A DNA stretch of 64,000 nucleotides from a virus, in the IMG/VR virus record IMGVR_UViG_3300027747_003534, positions 97,521 to 161,520 of that record; one strand, given 5' to 3'. How positions within the stretch are numbered: position 1 is the first letter of the stretch; each line of letters opens with the position of its first letter. The notes under the pieces were generated by a model. The model did not search any database and was not told the DNA's origin. It worked only from the letters and a program-made list of their open reading frames with translations. The translations under genes were made by a program, and so were the position numbers. Shown one piece after another: positions 40,011 to 49,189 of this stretch.

Positions 40011-40970
40011 CTAACTACAGGTACAGTCAGCCATCACTTTTCCGCATGTGGCACAAATTTTAGCTTTTGTTAATTTTTTCCACATTTCTGGATCCGGTCG
40101 ATCTTTATCTCCCCTTTTTGCGGGACGATATTTTTTACCTTCTCTTTCTCTCTTTTTCCTTATATTATCCCATAATCCGGGTTTTTCTCCAGATAATGTT
40201 GGTGAAGAGTCTGGTTCAGATTCTTCATTATCAGGGTTATTTGTTGAATTATCTTCATCTACTTCATCTGTTTTAATGCTTGGTAACATCATAGTATTAC
40301 GAAACACAGGAATTATTTTAACTAGTCTTTCGTGATGTTTCTTTTTCTTCTTTGATGCCTCTGTAGTATCGTCATCCGTCTCTGTGAACATGAGAAAATC
40401 ATGTATGTTCTGGACATAGTTGGCGACTACGGCAATTTTACCATGTAGCCAAGGCTCTGTCAAGTTTTCTTTTACATCCTCGTCTCCTGAGTCAATTGCA
40501 TTTAAAATGCCAGAGACATGAACTTCTATTGATTTCAAATATGAGATAGACATCTCGTATAGCTCATCAATCTTCATTTCATTTTCATCAACAGAAGAAT
40601 CATCAGTATTATCATTTTGAGGAGATAGAATCATATCAAATACATCTGCATTACTTTTCTTATCTTTAATACCAAGTTTTTCTTTACTAGCTTCTGGTAA
40701 AGCAGCAACAAATTCGGACCCTTTTCTTTTGCACATGCTGTATAGTTTTCGTAAAAAATCATCATAACTCATTTTACCGCTCATGCGACCATAATTACTA
40801 ATGGCATCTTTAACGTCTGCTGGAGATACTATTGGAAAGGATCGTGTTTCTGGAAATAGAAAATCGCTATCTTTAAGATCATTTCTTTGCTGTCCATCAT
40901 ATGTCTTTTGTGCTGTTGAGTTTAATAGAAATGATGTAACATTGTTGAGAATATTATGCATACGATCCAT
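40011..40970 (-). CDS. Modular hypothetical protein
   Basis: Short modules (DFLFPETRSFPI; EPWLHGKIAV; KPGLWDNIRKK) separated by acidic linkers. Confidence 0.7.
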   Translation of the reverse strand: MDRMHNILNNVTSFLLNSTAQKTYDGQQRNDLKDSDFLFPETRSFPIVSPADVKDAISNYGRMSGKMSYDDFLRKLYSMCKRKGSEFVAALPEASKEKLGIKDKKSNADVFDMILSPQNDNTDDSSVDENEMKIDELYEMSISYLKSIEVHVSGILNAIDSGDEDVKENLTEPWLHGKIAVVANYVQNIHDFLMFTETDDDTTEASKKKKKHHERLVKIIPVFRNTMMLPSIKTDEVDEDNSTNNPDNEESEPDSSPTLSGEKPGLWDNIRKKREREGKKYRPAKRGDKDRPDPEMWKKLTKAKICATCGKVMADCTCS

Positions 40971-40982
40971 GACTTATCTCCA

Positions 40983-41087
40983 TTATTTAGAAAGAGGGAC
41001 GTTAGTAATCTAAGCATCACAGGTGCGTGATCCAGCACACTTGAAATCAAATAATTCGCAAAAACCAAGATGGGATCTATTTATCAT
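40983..41087 (-). pseudogene. Remnant ORF MINRSHLGFCELFDFKCAGSRTCDA*ITNVPLSK
   Basis: Cys motif resembling phage LGYCExFDFKCAxxRTCxAW proteins; TAG at 41010-41012 where Trp is expected. Confidence 0.55.
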
Positions 41088-41088
41088 A

Positions 41089-41649
41089 TTAAGCCTGTAA
41101 AGTTAAGAAGTTATCAATACCCATTTGTTCAATTAGTTTTAGAAATCCTTCATAAAGCTCAATACCATCTTCGCTACCCTGTAACAGCTCAATAAACATA
41201 TTTGCTGTTATTTCATCTCCTACTGCCCTAGCAGCAACAATTGTTGCTCTTTCAGCAGATGAGGCTTCTCTGACTGAATCTAAATTATAGTTAATCATAG
41301 CAACCATATCATGGCGTTTCCAAACTGGAGGATTTAGTATCAACGGTTGGTAATCAACATCAAAAAATTCTAATCTTTTAATATTAATTGCAGCATGTGT
41401 TTGTTCTTGAATTGCGTCTTCTTTAATAATTGCTGCTAATTTCTTATAGCCCCATCTTTGAAGGTGTTCTGCTTGTGCTGTTAAAACAGTGGTTTGTTGC
41501 CAGTGTATATTCAGAGATTTTTTAATTAACTCTATAACAGCATCTGACGAGTAGCCTTCTACATGTTGTGCTTCAGCGTGTTGGTCTGTAGCTATTTTTT
41601 GATTTGAATTATCTTGATCTTTTAGTAGTTCATTAATTGGTTTAATCAT
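41089..41649 (-). CDS. Bacterioferritin-like protein with degenerate ferroxidase centre
   Basis: RWGYKKLA, EQTHA, KRLEFF, GDEITANMF, LIEQMGIDNFL align to Bfr helices. Confidence 0.8.
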   Translation of the reverse strand: MIKPINELLKDQDNSNQKIATDQHAEAQHVEGYSSDAVIELIKKSLNIHWQQTTVLTAQAEHLQRWGYKKLAAIIKEDAIQEQTHAAINIKRLEFFDVDYQPLILNPPVWKRHDMVAMINYNLDSVREASSAERATIVAARAVGDEITANMFIELLQGSEDGIELYEGFLKLIEQMGIDNFLTLQA

Positions 41650-41680
41650 AATTATTAGTCCATTTTTTGTAGTTTATATA

Positions 41681-42226
41681 TCACCAACTCTTACATGCCC
41701 AATATCGAGCCTTATATTTGGGCCCAGGATTATCACATCTCATTCTTGCTCTAAAACTTTTTCGTCTTGCTGGAATATCTTTTTTTATTGTCATATTTGG
41801 GTCACCAAAATTTACCTTAACAATATTGCCTTTTTCATTTTTGACATAAACGCTAAATTTTTTAGGACCATCAGGTGTTCTAAAGGGTTTATTAAGAGTA
41901 ATTTTACGTCCTTGATACTCAGAAGCTAATGTATATAGGTCCCAAATTTCTGATGGTTCATTCTCATCGATATCGACATAATCCTCTTCATCAGGAATTA
42001 TAAGATTAGATGGAGTAACTTCTTCTCCATCTTTATCTAATTCTTCGTCATGATTATATTCTAAAATTTGGCCAACTTGTTCTATTAATGAAGATTTAGT
42101 TTGTCCTAAACAGATAGCTACTCTTTGTTTATTATCTGGATAGTCTTTTTTCATTATATCATCGCCCATACAACGGGCTATGAATTTTTGATGATCTTCA
42201 TCTTTGTGAGGTTTGGGTATTGGCAT
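41681..42226 (-). CDS. Phage hypothetical protein
   Basis: LNKPFRTPDGPKKFSVYVK..FGDPNMTIK..RKSFRAR..RYWACKSW motif, common in large phages. Confidence 0.75.
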   Translation of the reverse strand: MPIPKPHKDEDHQKFIARCMGDDIMKKDYPDNKQRVAICLGQTKSSLIEQVGQILEYNHDEELDKDGEEVTPSNLIIPDEEDYVDIDENEPSEIWDLYTLASEYQGRKITLNKPFRTPDGPKKFSVYVKNEKGNIVKVNFGDPNMTIKKDIPARRKSFRARMRCDNPGPKYKARYWACKSW

Positions 42227-42236
42227 AGTTATTCTC

Positions 42237-43301
42237 CTATTCTTCTATACACCTGATTAAAGTATTAGCCGAATTTTCCCAACTAAATTGTTTTGCTGTT
42301 TCTAATCCAGCTGAATTTTCTTTTATTCCATATTGAGCCATCTGTCTCATTTCCCATATTATTTGATCTTTTTGAGCATCTGTTATTTTGGCCCAATTAC
42401 CTGTACCATTAAACCACTTATTATCTATAGCTGGTTCTGTTTCGTATATTTCTATTAATTTACAATTATCTACATTACAATACTCTGTGTGTGCAGAATA
42501 GTTTGTCGCTATTACTGGTTTATTCATTGCCATAGTTTCTAGTAATTCTAAATTCCATCCCTCAGCTCTGGAGATATAAATACCACAATCGCTATAACTA
42601 ATTAGATTGGCTAAATCAGCTTGAGAATTTAATTTAGGAAATAATTTTATTTTTGATTTTAATTTCGATGACTGTGCTAAATTTGCCCATTGTTTTGATT
42701 CTTCTTCTGTCAAAAAGTTATTATCAGTAGCCATCCAAAGTTCAACATTATCATTAAGTTCAAAAGCCTTATTAAAACACTCAATTATAATATCGTGTGA
42801 TTTTCTGATTTCCCATTTACCTACTGTCATAAAAATATAATTAGATATCTTATCTTTGTTCTGAGGAATTCTTGGATAAAATATTGAGGAATCTACTCCT
42901 AATGGAACAATATGAATCGGCTTATTGATATTATTTTGTTCTATGATAGATTTTGCCCATTTACTACTAACAATTATATTATCAGGAAATTTTAAATGAT
43001 GTTTTTCCAATTCATTGAAAGTATCAATTTCAAAAAAGGGATATGCAAAATATCTACCATTCCCTGCCCTGCTTAGTAGATCAAATTGATGCCAAATTTT
43101 AACTATAGGACATTGGTAATCAACAGAAGATTGTTTTATCATAGAATTACGAATTAATTCTGAATCTTTTATATTATCAGGAAAAACGTTTCCAATTACT
43201 GATAGACAAACATCATTATTTGTAGACAACGCCTTTAAAAGATGTAGACCAGCATAACCATACCCTGTACCGCCAATTGGCGTTTGCAAATGAATGTTCA
43301 T
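42237..43301 (-). CDS. GT4-like glycosyltransferase
   Basis: TGYG, VPLGVD, GKWEIRKSHD, SRAEGWNLELLETMAMNKPVIAT. Confidence 0.88.
   Translation of the reverse strand: MNIHLQTPIGGTGYGYAGLHLLKALSTNNDVCLSVIGNVFPDNIKDSELIRNSMIKQSSVDYQCPIVKIWHQFDLLSRAGNGRYFAYPFFEIDTFNELEKHHLKFPDNIIVSSKWAKSIIEQNNINKPIHIVPLGVDSSIFYPRIPQNKDKISNYIFMTVGKWEIRKSHDIIIECFNKAFELNDNVELWMATDNNFLTEEESKQWANLAQSSKLKSKIKLFPKLNSQADLANLISYSDCGIYISRAEGWNLELLETMAMNKPVIATNYSAHTEYCNVDNCKLIEIYETEPAIDNKWFNGTGNWAKITDAQKDQIIWEMRQMAQYGIKENSAGLETAKQFSWENSANTLIRCIEE
42246..42253 (-). promoter_or_regulatory. Phage-type GGTGTATA promoter motif
   Basis: Embedded in the 3' end of the GT gene, 20 bp upstream of the 42226 start. Confidence 0.55.
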
Positions 43302-43303
43302 TA

Positions 43304-44446
43304 TTATATTCCTAATATTGGATTGTTATTATTATGTATTTTATTAACTCTGCAAAATTGACCGCATTTAGACATGTATTTTATATTAGAAGCACCTATA
43401 TAGCAACAACAAGATCTTATTCCTCCTAATAGCTCTTGAATAATTGTGTCTATTGTTCCCTTGTATTTTACTATAATTTTTGTGCCTTCGCTAGCTCTAT
43501 AATCTTTTTTACCATCCTCAAAAATATCTTGGGAATGATGAGAACTCATACCATAATATGTAAAATTTATTTTTCTTTTTTCTGTGTCATATCCCGGATC
43601 TATTGTTTGCCAAAATGGTTTGGCAAATTTTGTTCCCATTCCAGCAAGATACTCATATGACCACTCTCCGCTGCATGTGTCTGTTCCAGCAAAATATCCA
43701 CCTAGCATAACAAAATCTGCTCCTCCACAAAAGGCTTTACAAACATCTCCGGATGTTTTATGTCCACCATCAGAGCATATTAATCCAAGCTTTTTCTTTC
43801 CATTTTGCAATCCGTGAGAAACATAAGAGTTTTCTATGCAACAACTAAGTTGAGGATATCCACACCCGGTAACAAATCTAGATAAACATGCGCTACCTCC
43901 ACCAACTCCACATTTAACAATATCAACACCACCATAAATTAACAACTCCTGAGTAGAAGAAGTATTAGTTACATTACCAGCTAATATTATTGATTCTGGA
44001 AAATTATCTCTAATTTTTTTACAGTAATTTACAAAAACATCCATATGACCGTTAGGAACATCAATGCATATATTTGGTTGTATGTTAAGTTTTGTTTTTA
44101 GTTCTAGTAGGTGATTAATATCACTCTTTTTATAACCGACAGAAACAAAAGTATAATCAATATTATTAGGATTTTCTATAAAATAATTATAGAGTTCTTC
44201 TACAGAATGGTACTTATGAAGACATGATATTATCTTATGTTTAGATAAAGCTTTTGCCATTTCAAAACTACAAAAACTCATATTTGCACACATTATAGGA
44301 ACACCAGTCCATGTTCTAGGAGAATGGTAGAAATTAAACGTTCTCTCTAGCTGTATCTGTGATCTACTAGTTAGAGTAGATCTTTGAGGGACTATTAATA
44401 CATCATCAAAATCTATTTTGGTTTCATTCAGTAGTTTTTGCATCAT
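43304..44446 (-). CDS. guaC: GMP reductase
   Basis: FDDVLIVPQRSTLTSRS, CIDVPNG, GVGGGSAC, GYPQLS, SDGG, YYGMSS, YRASEG. Confidence 0.9.
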   Translation of the reverse strand: MMQKLLNETKIDFDDVLIVPQRSTLTSRSQIQLERTFNFYHSPRTWTGVPIMCANMSFCSFEMAKALSKHKIISCLHKYHSVEELYNYFIENPNNIDYTFVSVGYKKSDINHLLELKTKLNIQPNICIDVPNGHMDVFVNYCKKIRDNFPESIILAGNVTNTSSTQELLIYGGVDIVKCGVGGGSACLSRFVTGCGYPQLSCCIENSYVSHGLQNGKKKLGLICSDGGHKTSGDVCKAFCGGADFVMLGGYFAGTDTCSGEWSYEYLAGMGTKFAKPFWQTIDPGYDTEKRKINFTYYGMSSHHSQDIFEDGKKDYRASEGTKIIVKYKGTIDTIIQELLGGIRSCCCYIGASNIKYMSKCGQFCRVNKIHNNNNPILGI

Positions 44447-44873
44447 TCAACTCTGTTTTCTCTCTATCGTAAAAATATTTTGTTCCATAATCTACAAAAA
44501 TTTCATCATCGGACTTTATTGGCCTATTAGCAATAACATCAGCATATCCATTATCCCAATCAAATTTCCATGTTGTATTAGCATTATCCTGATGGTTATA
44601 TATCATTCCATATCCTAATACCATGTGAAATACGAATCCATGAGTCTGACATTCTTTACAAGAACATGGAGGTTGACTATAAAGATAGTTATATATTTGT
44701 GGATCAGAATGATATCTTGATCTAAAGCCCAAAGGAACCAACGGACAACGTTCGATTAACTCGTCTGCTTCAATATCTGAGATAGCAAAAACTCCTCTGC
44801 CATGAACTTCAGATTTTTTTATTAAAATTTTTGTTGCAGTAATGTAGTTGTATGAATTATCATTTTTTGTCAT
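44424..44873 (-). CDS. SET-domain lysine methyltransferase (with CxCxxC insert)
   Basis: HGRGVFA, IYNHQDNAN, EIFVDYG. Confidence 0.9.
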   Translation of the reverse strand: MTKNDNSYNYITATKILIKKSEVHGRGVFAISDIEADELIERCPLVPLGFRSRYHSDPQIYNYLYSQPPCSCKECQTHGFVFHMVLGYGMIYNHQDNANTTWKFDWDNGYADVIANRPIKSDDEIFVDYGTKYFYDREKTELNDAKTTE

Positions 44874-45312
44874 GTTTTACCTGCTCGATTCCTGTATATG
44901 CGTCTTTATTGTTAAAGTAGCAATTGCCATAATTGATAAAAATTTCATCCCCTATTTTTAGGTCTTTAATAGCTATAATATCTCCTAATAGTTGAGGATA
45001 ATTAAATTTCCATAAAGCATTGGGGTCGTCCTGATGATTGTACAGCATACCATATCCGGCGGCAATATGCATAATAAAACCATGTTTTTGTGCTTCTTCA
45101 TCGTTCTGGTATCTTGCATACATATAGCCAAAAATAGTAGGATCCAATTGATATTTTGATCGATACTCCATTTGAATCAAAGGACATCTCTCAACAATTT
45201 CTCCTTTTTTGATATTAGAAACAGCAAAAACCCCTCTTCCTTGAACTGAAGAATCTCCAACAATGATTTTTGTGGGAGCAAGGTATGATGGTTGTTGTAA
45301 ATTAAGATTCAT
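44860..45312 (-). CDS. SET-domain lysine methyltransferase
   Basis: QGRGVFA, LYNHQDDPN, EIFINYG. Confidence 0.9.
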   Translation of the reverse strand: MNLNLQQPSYLAPTKIIVGDSSVQGRGVFAVSNIKKGEIVERCPLIQMEYRSKYQLDPTIFGYMYARYQNDEEAQKHGFIMHIAAGYGMLYNHQDDPNALWKFNYPQLLGDIIAIKDLKIGDEIFINYGNCYFNNKDAYTGIEQVKHDKK

Positions 45313-45316
45313 TTTA

Positions 45317-45511
45317 TTAATTCCTTAAAAAGTCATCTGTATCATAACAAGTAAGATTTTTAGAAAATCCTGTTTCGCTAACACATATTTTTGCCAACGT
45401 CAAAAATCCTTTTCCTTTATATTTTTCAATTGCAAATAATATTGCTTCTCTATGAGACTTTCTGTCTACTATTTCTTTTATTTGACCTGATATTACATAG
45501 TATTTTGGCAT
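45317..45511 (-). CDS. Hypothetical protein
   Basis: 64-aa ORF in operon. Confidence 0.6.
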   Translation of the reverse strand: MPKYYVISGQIKEIVDRKSHREAILFAIEKYKGKGFLTLAKICVSETGFSKNLTCYDTDDFLRN

Positions 45512-45514
45512 ATA

Positions 45515-46045
45515 TTATATATCAAAGAATCGCCATCTGTTGTAATGTTCTATATTTTCGTCATTATTAATATGTATAACGTAGTTTTTAAGTTCTTCCC
45601 AATTTGAAAAAAACCATTCGTGGGGAAGTGTTCCAAATAGCCAATCTGGAGCATGTGCTTTTCCTTGTTCGATATGAATTAGAATAGGTTTTTTTGACCT
45701 ATTGCACAAAAATAGCTCTTCCCATGTTCCACAAGCATAATGATCTAAATCAAGGTTAACTATTAAAAAATCACTTATGTCAACAAGTCTCAAATCAACG
45801 GAACGAATAGTTTTCATCATTGATGATAACTCATCATATCTTTTTTGATTTTTAAACTTTGTTTTTATTACATGAGAATCATGATCTTCCATTCCTGTGG
45901 AAGTTGGTTTTGTTATAGGGTTAAAAATTATAATGCCCATTTTTTCAAGAAATGGAGTTATATTATCTCTCCATGTGGCACCCCTATCATGAACTCTATC
46001 CATAGCTCCTGCTAAGTAAACTCTTTGATTTTTCAGTCTGTTCAT
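45515..46045 (-). CDS. Nucleoside 2-deoxyribosyltransferase-like (nucleotide N-glycosidase) protein
   Basis: VYLAGAM, DLRLVDISD, GTWEE; likely start MNRLK at 46045. Confidence 0.8.
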   Translation of the reverse strand: MNRLKNQRVYLAGAMDRVHDRGATWRDNITPFLEKMGIIIFNPITKPTSTGMEDHDSHVIKTKFKNQKRYDELSSMMKTIRSVDLRLVDISDFLIVNLDLDHYACGTWEELFLCNRSKKPILIHIEQGKAHAPDWLFGTLPHEWFFSNWEELKNYVIHINNDENIEHYNRWRFFDI

Positions 46046-46050
46046 ACTAT

Positions 46051-46170
46051 TCAATTTGGAAAGAGAAAATCCCATAAATTTTTTGAATGACTAATATTAT
46101 TACTAGATTGCAATTTAATTAGTCCATCAAGAAATCCCATAATACCAAAAATAACTATTAAAGCATACAT
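46051..46170 (-). CDS. Unlisted 39-aa membrane peptide MYALIVIFGIMGFLDGLIKLQSSNNISHSKNLWDFLFPN
   Basis: Fills the gap between the macrodomain and NDT genes almost exactly; hydrophobic N-terminus. Confidence 0.55.
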   Translation of the reverse strand: MYALIVIFGIMGFLDGLIKLQSSNNISHSKNLWDFLFPN

Positions 46171-46175
46171 AATTA

Positions 46176-46721
46176 TTATCCTAAATATACAAAAACGGAC
46201 ATATCATACCATATATCAGCTATAAGATCACTAATAAAATTCCAATTTCCTCCGGCCAATCCACTACCAAATTTAGGACAATGAATCTCTATAGGATTAG
46301 TGTCGGATGCTGATTGTAAATTTTTGGAATACGACCTGACCTGATTCATGCAGTAAACTAATGCTGCATAATTTAAAGGTCTTTTATTTTTTTCATTAAT
46401 TAATTTATTTTGAGCAATCATATTAGCAAATATAATACTGTGTCCATATTTTTTATCTGATTTTACATTAATAAATTGAACATGACCTAGTTTTGCTTGA
46501 GAGCCAAGTAAATGAAAATTGGCCTTAACTTCTGGGTACATTTGAGCAACTTGCCCGGCAAATCCTGCTCCAAAAGCATTGACATTATTACAAACATGAG
46601 GAATTATAACGCTTGCTCCATTTTGTTCAGATTTTATCCTGTTAGAAATGATATCAAAAATATTGGCATTTTTAACAAGAGAAAAAGCATTTCTGTCTTT
46701 ATCGAAGATTTTTTGGATCAT
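46176..46721 (-). CDS. Macrodomain (ADP-ribose binding/hydrolase) protein
   Basis: IIPHVCNNVNAFGAGFA, NMIAQ, HCPKFGSGLAGGNW. Confidence 0.88.
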   Translation of the reverse strand: MIQKIFDKDRNAFSLVKNANIFDIISNRIKSEQNGASVIIPHVCNNVNAFGAGFAGQVAQMYPEVKANFHLLGSQAKLGHVQFINVKSDKKYGHSIIFANMIAQNKLINEKNKRPLNYAALVYCMNQVRSYSKNLQSASDTNPIEIHCPKFGSGLAGGNWNFISDLIADIWYDMSVFVYLG

Positions 46722-46981
46722 TTTTTAGTCCTAACAATTTTAAGCCATTTATTTTGAGGACAATGCTGATCAGCCCAGGCTAGTTTGTTCAAGAATACTT
46801 TTTGTTTATTAACATTGCATCCGCAGACCAGACATTGCTCTTCTGTATTATCGAAGAATTCACACTTTTGGCAAATGTCATATCTTTCAAGAATTTCTTG
46901 TTTAGTACACTTTGGGAAACCCGCCCAAACATGAAAAAATAATGATTTAAAAAATGTCGGAAGTCTTTTCAGAATATTCAT
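46718..46981 (-). CDS. Small Cys-rich protein
   Basis: RYDICQKC..CLVCGC..K..HCP.NKW. Confidence 0.7.
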   Translation of the reverse strand: MNILKRLPTFFKSLFFHVWAGFPKCTKQEILERYDICQKCEFFDNTEEQCLVCGCNVNKQKVFLNKLAWADQHCPQNKWLKIVRTKK

Positions 46982-47210
46982 TTTTTATTTCCTTAAGAGC
47001 TATTATATTTCCTTCTTTATCTCTAAAATAAAGATCCACACTATCAACAATATCATTATCATCTAGCCATTGCAAAAATCCAGTATTTATATTAACTGAT
47101 AACCTTTTATATAGATTATTTGTAGATAATTTAAAGTCTCTAGTTAAAATAAATCTTTCATTTTTTAGAATAAACAAATCGCCGGGCTTAAGCTCTTCAA
47201 TGTATTTCAT
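46947..47210 (-). CDS. Hypothetical protein (SH3-like?)
   Basis: Likely start MKYIEELKPGDLF at 47210. Confidence 0.55.
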   Translation of the reverse strand: MKYIEELKPGDLFILKNERFILTRDFKLSTNNLYKRLSVNINTGFLQWLDDNDIVDSVDLYFRDKEGNIIALKEIKNEYSEKTSDIF

Positions 47211-47385
47211 CTTCCCAGTCTTCCCACAGTTCTTCTTGATGCATTTCTTCTTTATGCTTTTTGAACTGTTTCTTAAGCTTAGAACTGTCTCTATGATCAA
47301 TATCATTAGACTTACGATCTAAATACTTTTTTTGTATATTTTGCCTACGGTTATTTTTTCTATTTTCAAAATCAAAATCAGTCAT
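47197..47385 (-). CDS. Small charged hypothetical protein
   Basis: 62 aa; Shine-Dalgarno and promoter upstream. Confidence 0.6.
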   Translation of the reverse strand: MTDFDFENRKNNRRQNIQKKYLDRKSNDIDHRDSSKLKKQFKKHKEEMHQEELWEDWEDEIH

Positions 47386-47409
47386 TTAATTTTCCCTTTA
47401 TCGTTATTT

Positions 47410-47438
47410 ATAGTACTCGAAAAAAAAACAAAGTCAAG
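47410..47438 (-). promoter_or_regulatory. sigma70-like promoter
   Basis: CTTGACT-16 bp-TACTAT. Confidence 0.6.
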
Positions 47439-47461
47439 CACCAAAATAAAAAAAAATAAAG

Positions 47462-47491
47462 CTTGACTATGGCTAAGTATTTCATTATAAC
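47462..47491 (+). promoter_or_regulatory. sigma70-like promoter firing antisense into the subtilase gene
   Basis: CTTGACT-17 bp-TATAAC with an upstream A-tract. Confidence 0.55.
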
Positions 47492-47507
47492 TGATGCAGC
47501 TGCGGGG

Positions 47508-48434
47508 TTATATAATAGGTTGGATGATTCCATTTCCCTCGTAGTCTCTTTTACCTGTATACTTCGCCTGCTTTAATTTCATAGCTTTTCTACTAAACGC
47601 TGAGATATAATCATCAGGTGTGCGAAGCATATTGTCAATTGCTGAGTTAGGATTTTTTCTAAAGTATGATAATAAGAGAGCGGCACAACCAACAGCGAAT
47701 GGTGTTGCCATACTAGTTCCACTCATAATAGCATATTTATTATCTGGAACTGAGCTGATTATGTTATGTCCTGGAGCTAAAAAATCTAATTCTGGGCCAC
47801 AACAACTAAATTCGCATATTTCTAAATTTTCATTAATTGCACCTATACTTATAGTATCTTCATATCTTGCTGGATACTGTATTCCAGAATTTATTCCGCT
47901 ATTTCCAGATGCACAAAAAATAATTACATTTTTATCTTTAGCATATCTAATGGCTTTTCTCATCTGTTCGCATGGAGATTCCGAACCTAGAGACATTGTG
48001 ATGATGTCTGCACCATGCTCTACAGCCCACAGGATCGCCTCTGTGACATTTTTATTATCTCCTCGACCATCGCCGTCGAGAGCTTTAACTGGCATGATCT
48101 TGCATCTTGGAGCTATTCCAACCATTCCCAAGGTATTATTACATGCAGCAATAGTTCCTGAAACATGAGTACCATGAGAATTATCATCTATAGGATCTTT
48201 ATTTTTGTTCAAAACATTATATCCATCAATAAGATTGTCTTTAATATCTTCATGATATAGATCGCATCCTGTGTCTATAACTGCTACTTTAACTCCCTCT
48301 CCTTGAGAGTTTTTCCAGCTTTTTTCTATATTAAATTGTTTAATTGGCCATGGATAAAACTGTATAGAGTTTCTATCTAAACCAAATAAATCTTGTTTAA
48401 TGTGGGGCAATAACCCGCATTCTCCTCTTCTCAT
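47508..48434 (-). CDS. Subtilisin-like S8 serine protease
   Basis: VAVIDTG, HGTHVSG, SGTSMATP catalytic triad. Confidence 0.96.
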   Translation of the reverse strand: MRRGECGLLPHIKQDLFGLDRNSIQFYPWPIKQFNIEKSWKNSQGEGVKVAVIDTGCDLYHEDIKDNLIDGYNVLNKNKDPIDDNSHGTHVSGTIAACNNTLGMVGIAPRCKIMPVKALDGDGRGDNKNVTEAILWAVEHGADIITMSLGSESPCEQMRKAIRYAKDKNVIIFCASGNSGINSGIQYPARYEDTISIGAINENLEICEFSCCGPELDFLAPGHNIISSVPDNKYAIMSGTSMATPFAVGCAALLLSYFRKNPNSAIDNMLRTPDDYISAFSRKAMKLKQAKYTGKRDYEGNGIIQPII

Positions 48435-49171
48435 TTTTCCATCTCTTCTTTTATCCAGTTATAGTATAAACTTAATCTTGTATGACAACTTTCATCTCCA
48501 TACGTTGAGTCTGATTTTCCATCGTATCCTATAACAGAAGAATTAATACCGGCTAATTTATTGTCTATAAATAAACCGCCGCCACTGTCTCCACTACATA
48601 TCAAAAATTCTAATTGAGTAAATTTATCTTTTCTTTTTGATGGTGAGCATATCAGTACATTTTTTTCTATTCTATCTATAAAATTAGAACCTGCTCTTCT
48701 GTTATCATCATGTATTTTAGTTCCTGTAATAAAATTTCCAGTAAATCCCCAACCAGATATTGAGCAAATCTTCCCAACTTCATCAGAATTTTGATAAATT
48801 TTTGGATAATATTTTAAATCTATTTTTTCTTCTATATGCCCTAATGCTATATCATCATAGCCAAAAGTATGGGTTTTATAATTTTTGTGAATAATTATTT
48901 TATCTATATTGTATTTTTTTTTATTCATTATTATTGTACAGCTCTGACTTCCCTCAACAACGTGAGCAGCTGTAATTATCCATTCGGCATCTATTACTAC
49001 CGCAGAACCACAAGATAAGCCTTTTCCATCAAAACAACAAATTTTTACAACACTATCAAATTTTGATCCATACTCTATATATTTTTGGTCTGGTGTTTCA
49101 GGATCTATTGTTCCAGCAAAAACCTTACTTAAAAATAGACAAAGAACCATGAGTGCTATTAATTTTTTCAT
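48431..49171 (-). CDS. Secreted trypsin-like S1 serine protease
   Basis: Signal peptide; TAAH, DIAL, GDSGG. Confidence 0.93.
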   Translation of the reverse strand: MKKLIALMVLCLFLSKVFAGTIDPETPDQKYIEYGSKFDSVVKICCFDGKGLSCGSAVVIDAEWIITAAHVVEGSQSCTIIMNKKKYNIDKIIIHKNYKTHTFGYDDIALGHIEEKIDLKYYPKIYQNSDEVGKICSISGWGFTGNFITGTKIHDDNRRAGSNFIDRIEKNVLICSPSKRKDKFTQLEFLICSGDSGGGLFIDNKLAGINSSVIGYDGKSDSTYGDESCHTRLSLYYNWIKEEMEK

Positions 49172-49189
49172 GGAAATTTCCTTAACAAA

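Noticed and set aside
40983-41087. Stop-codon reassignment (TAG read-through)
   Set aside because: Many intact genes end at TAG (e.g. 35858, 40011, 49190, 57327) or TGA, and coding density under the standard code is high
43304-44446. IMP dehydrogenase
   Set aside because: No CBS domains; RSTLTSRS and YRASEG motifs fit E. coli-type GuaC
47620-48168. Plus-strand 182-aa ORF and similar shadow ORFs (2924-3382, 4728-5120, 55854-56390, 59001-59534)
   Set aside because: Antisense to well-supported genes, no motifs, mostly non-ATG starts
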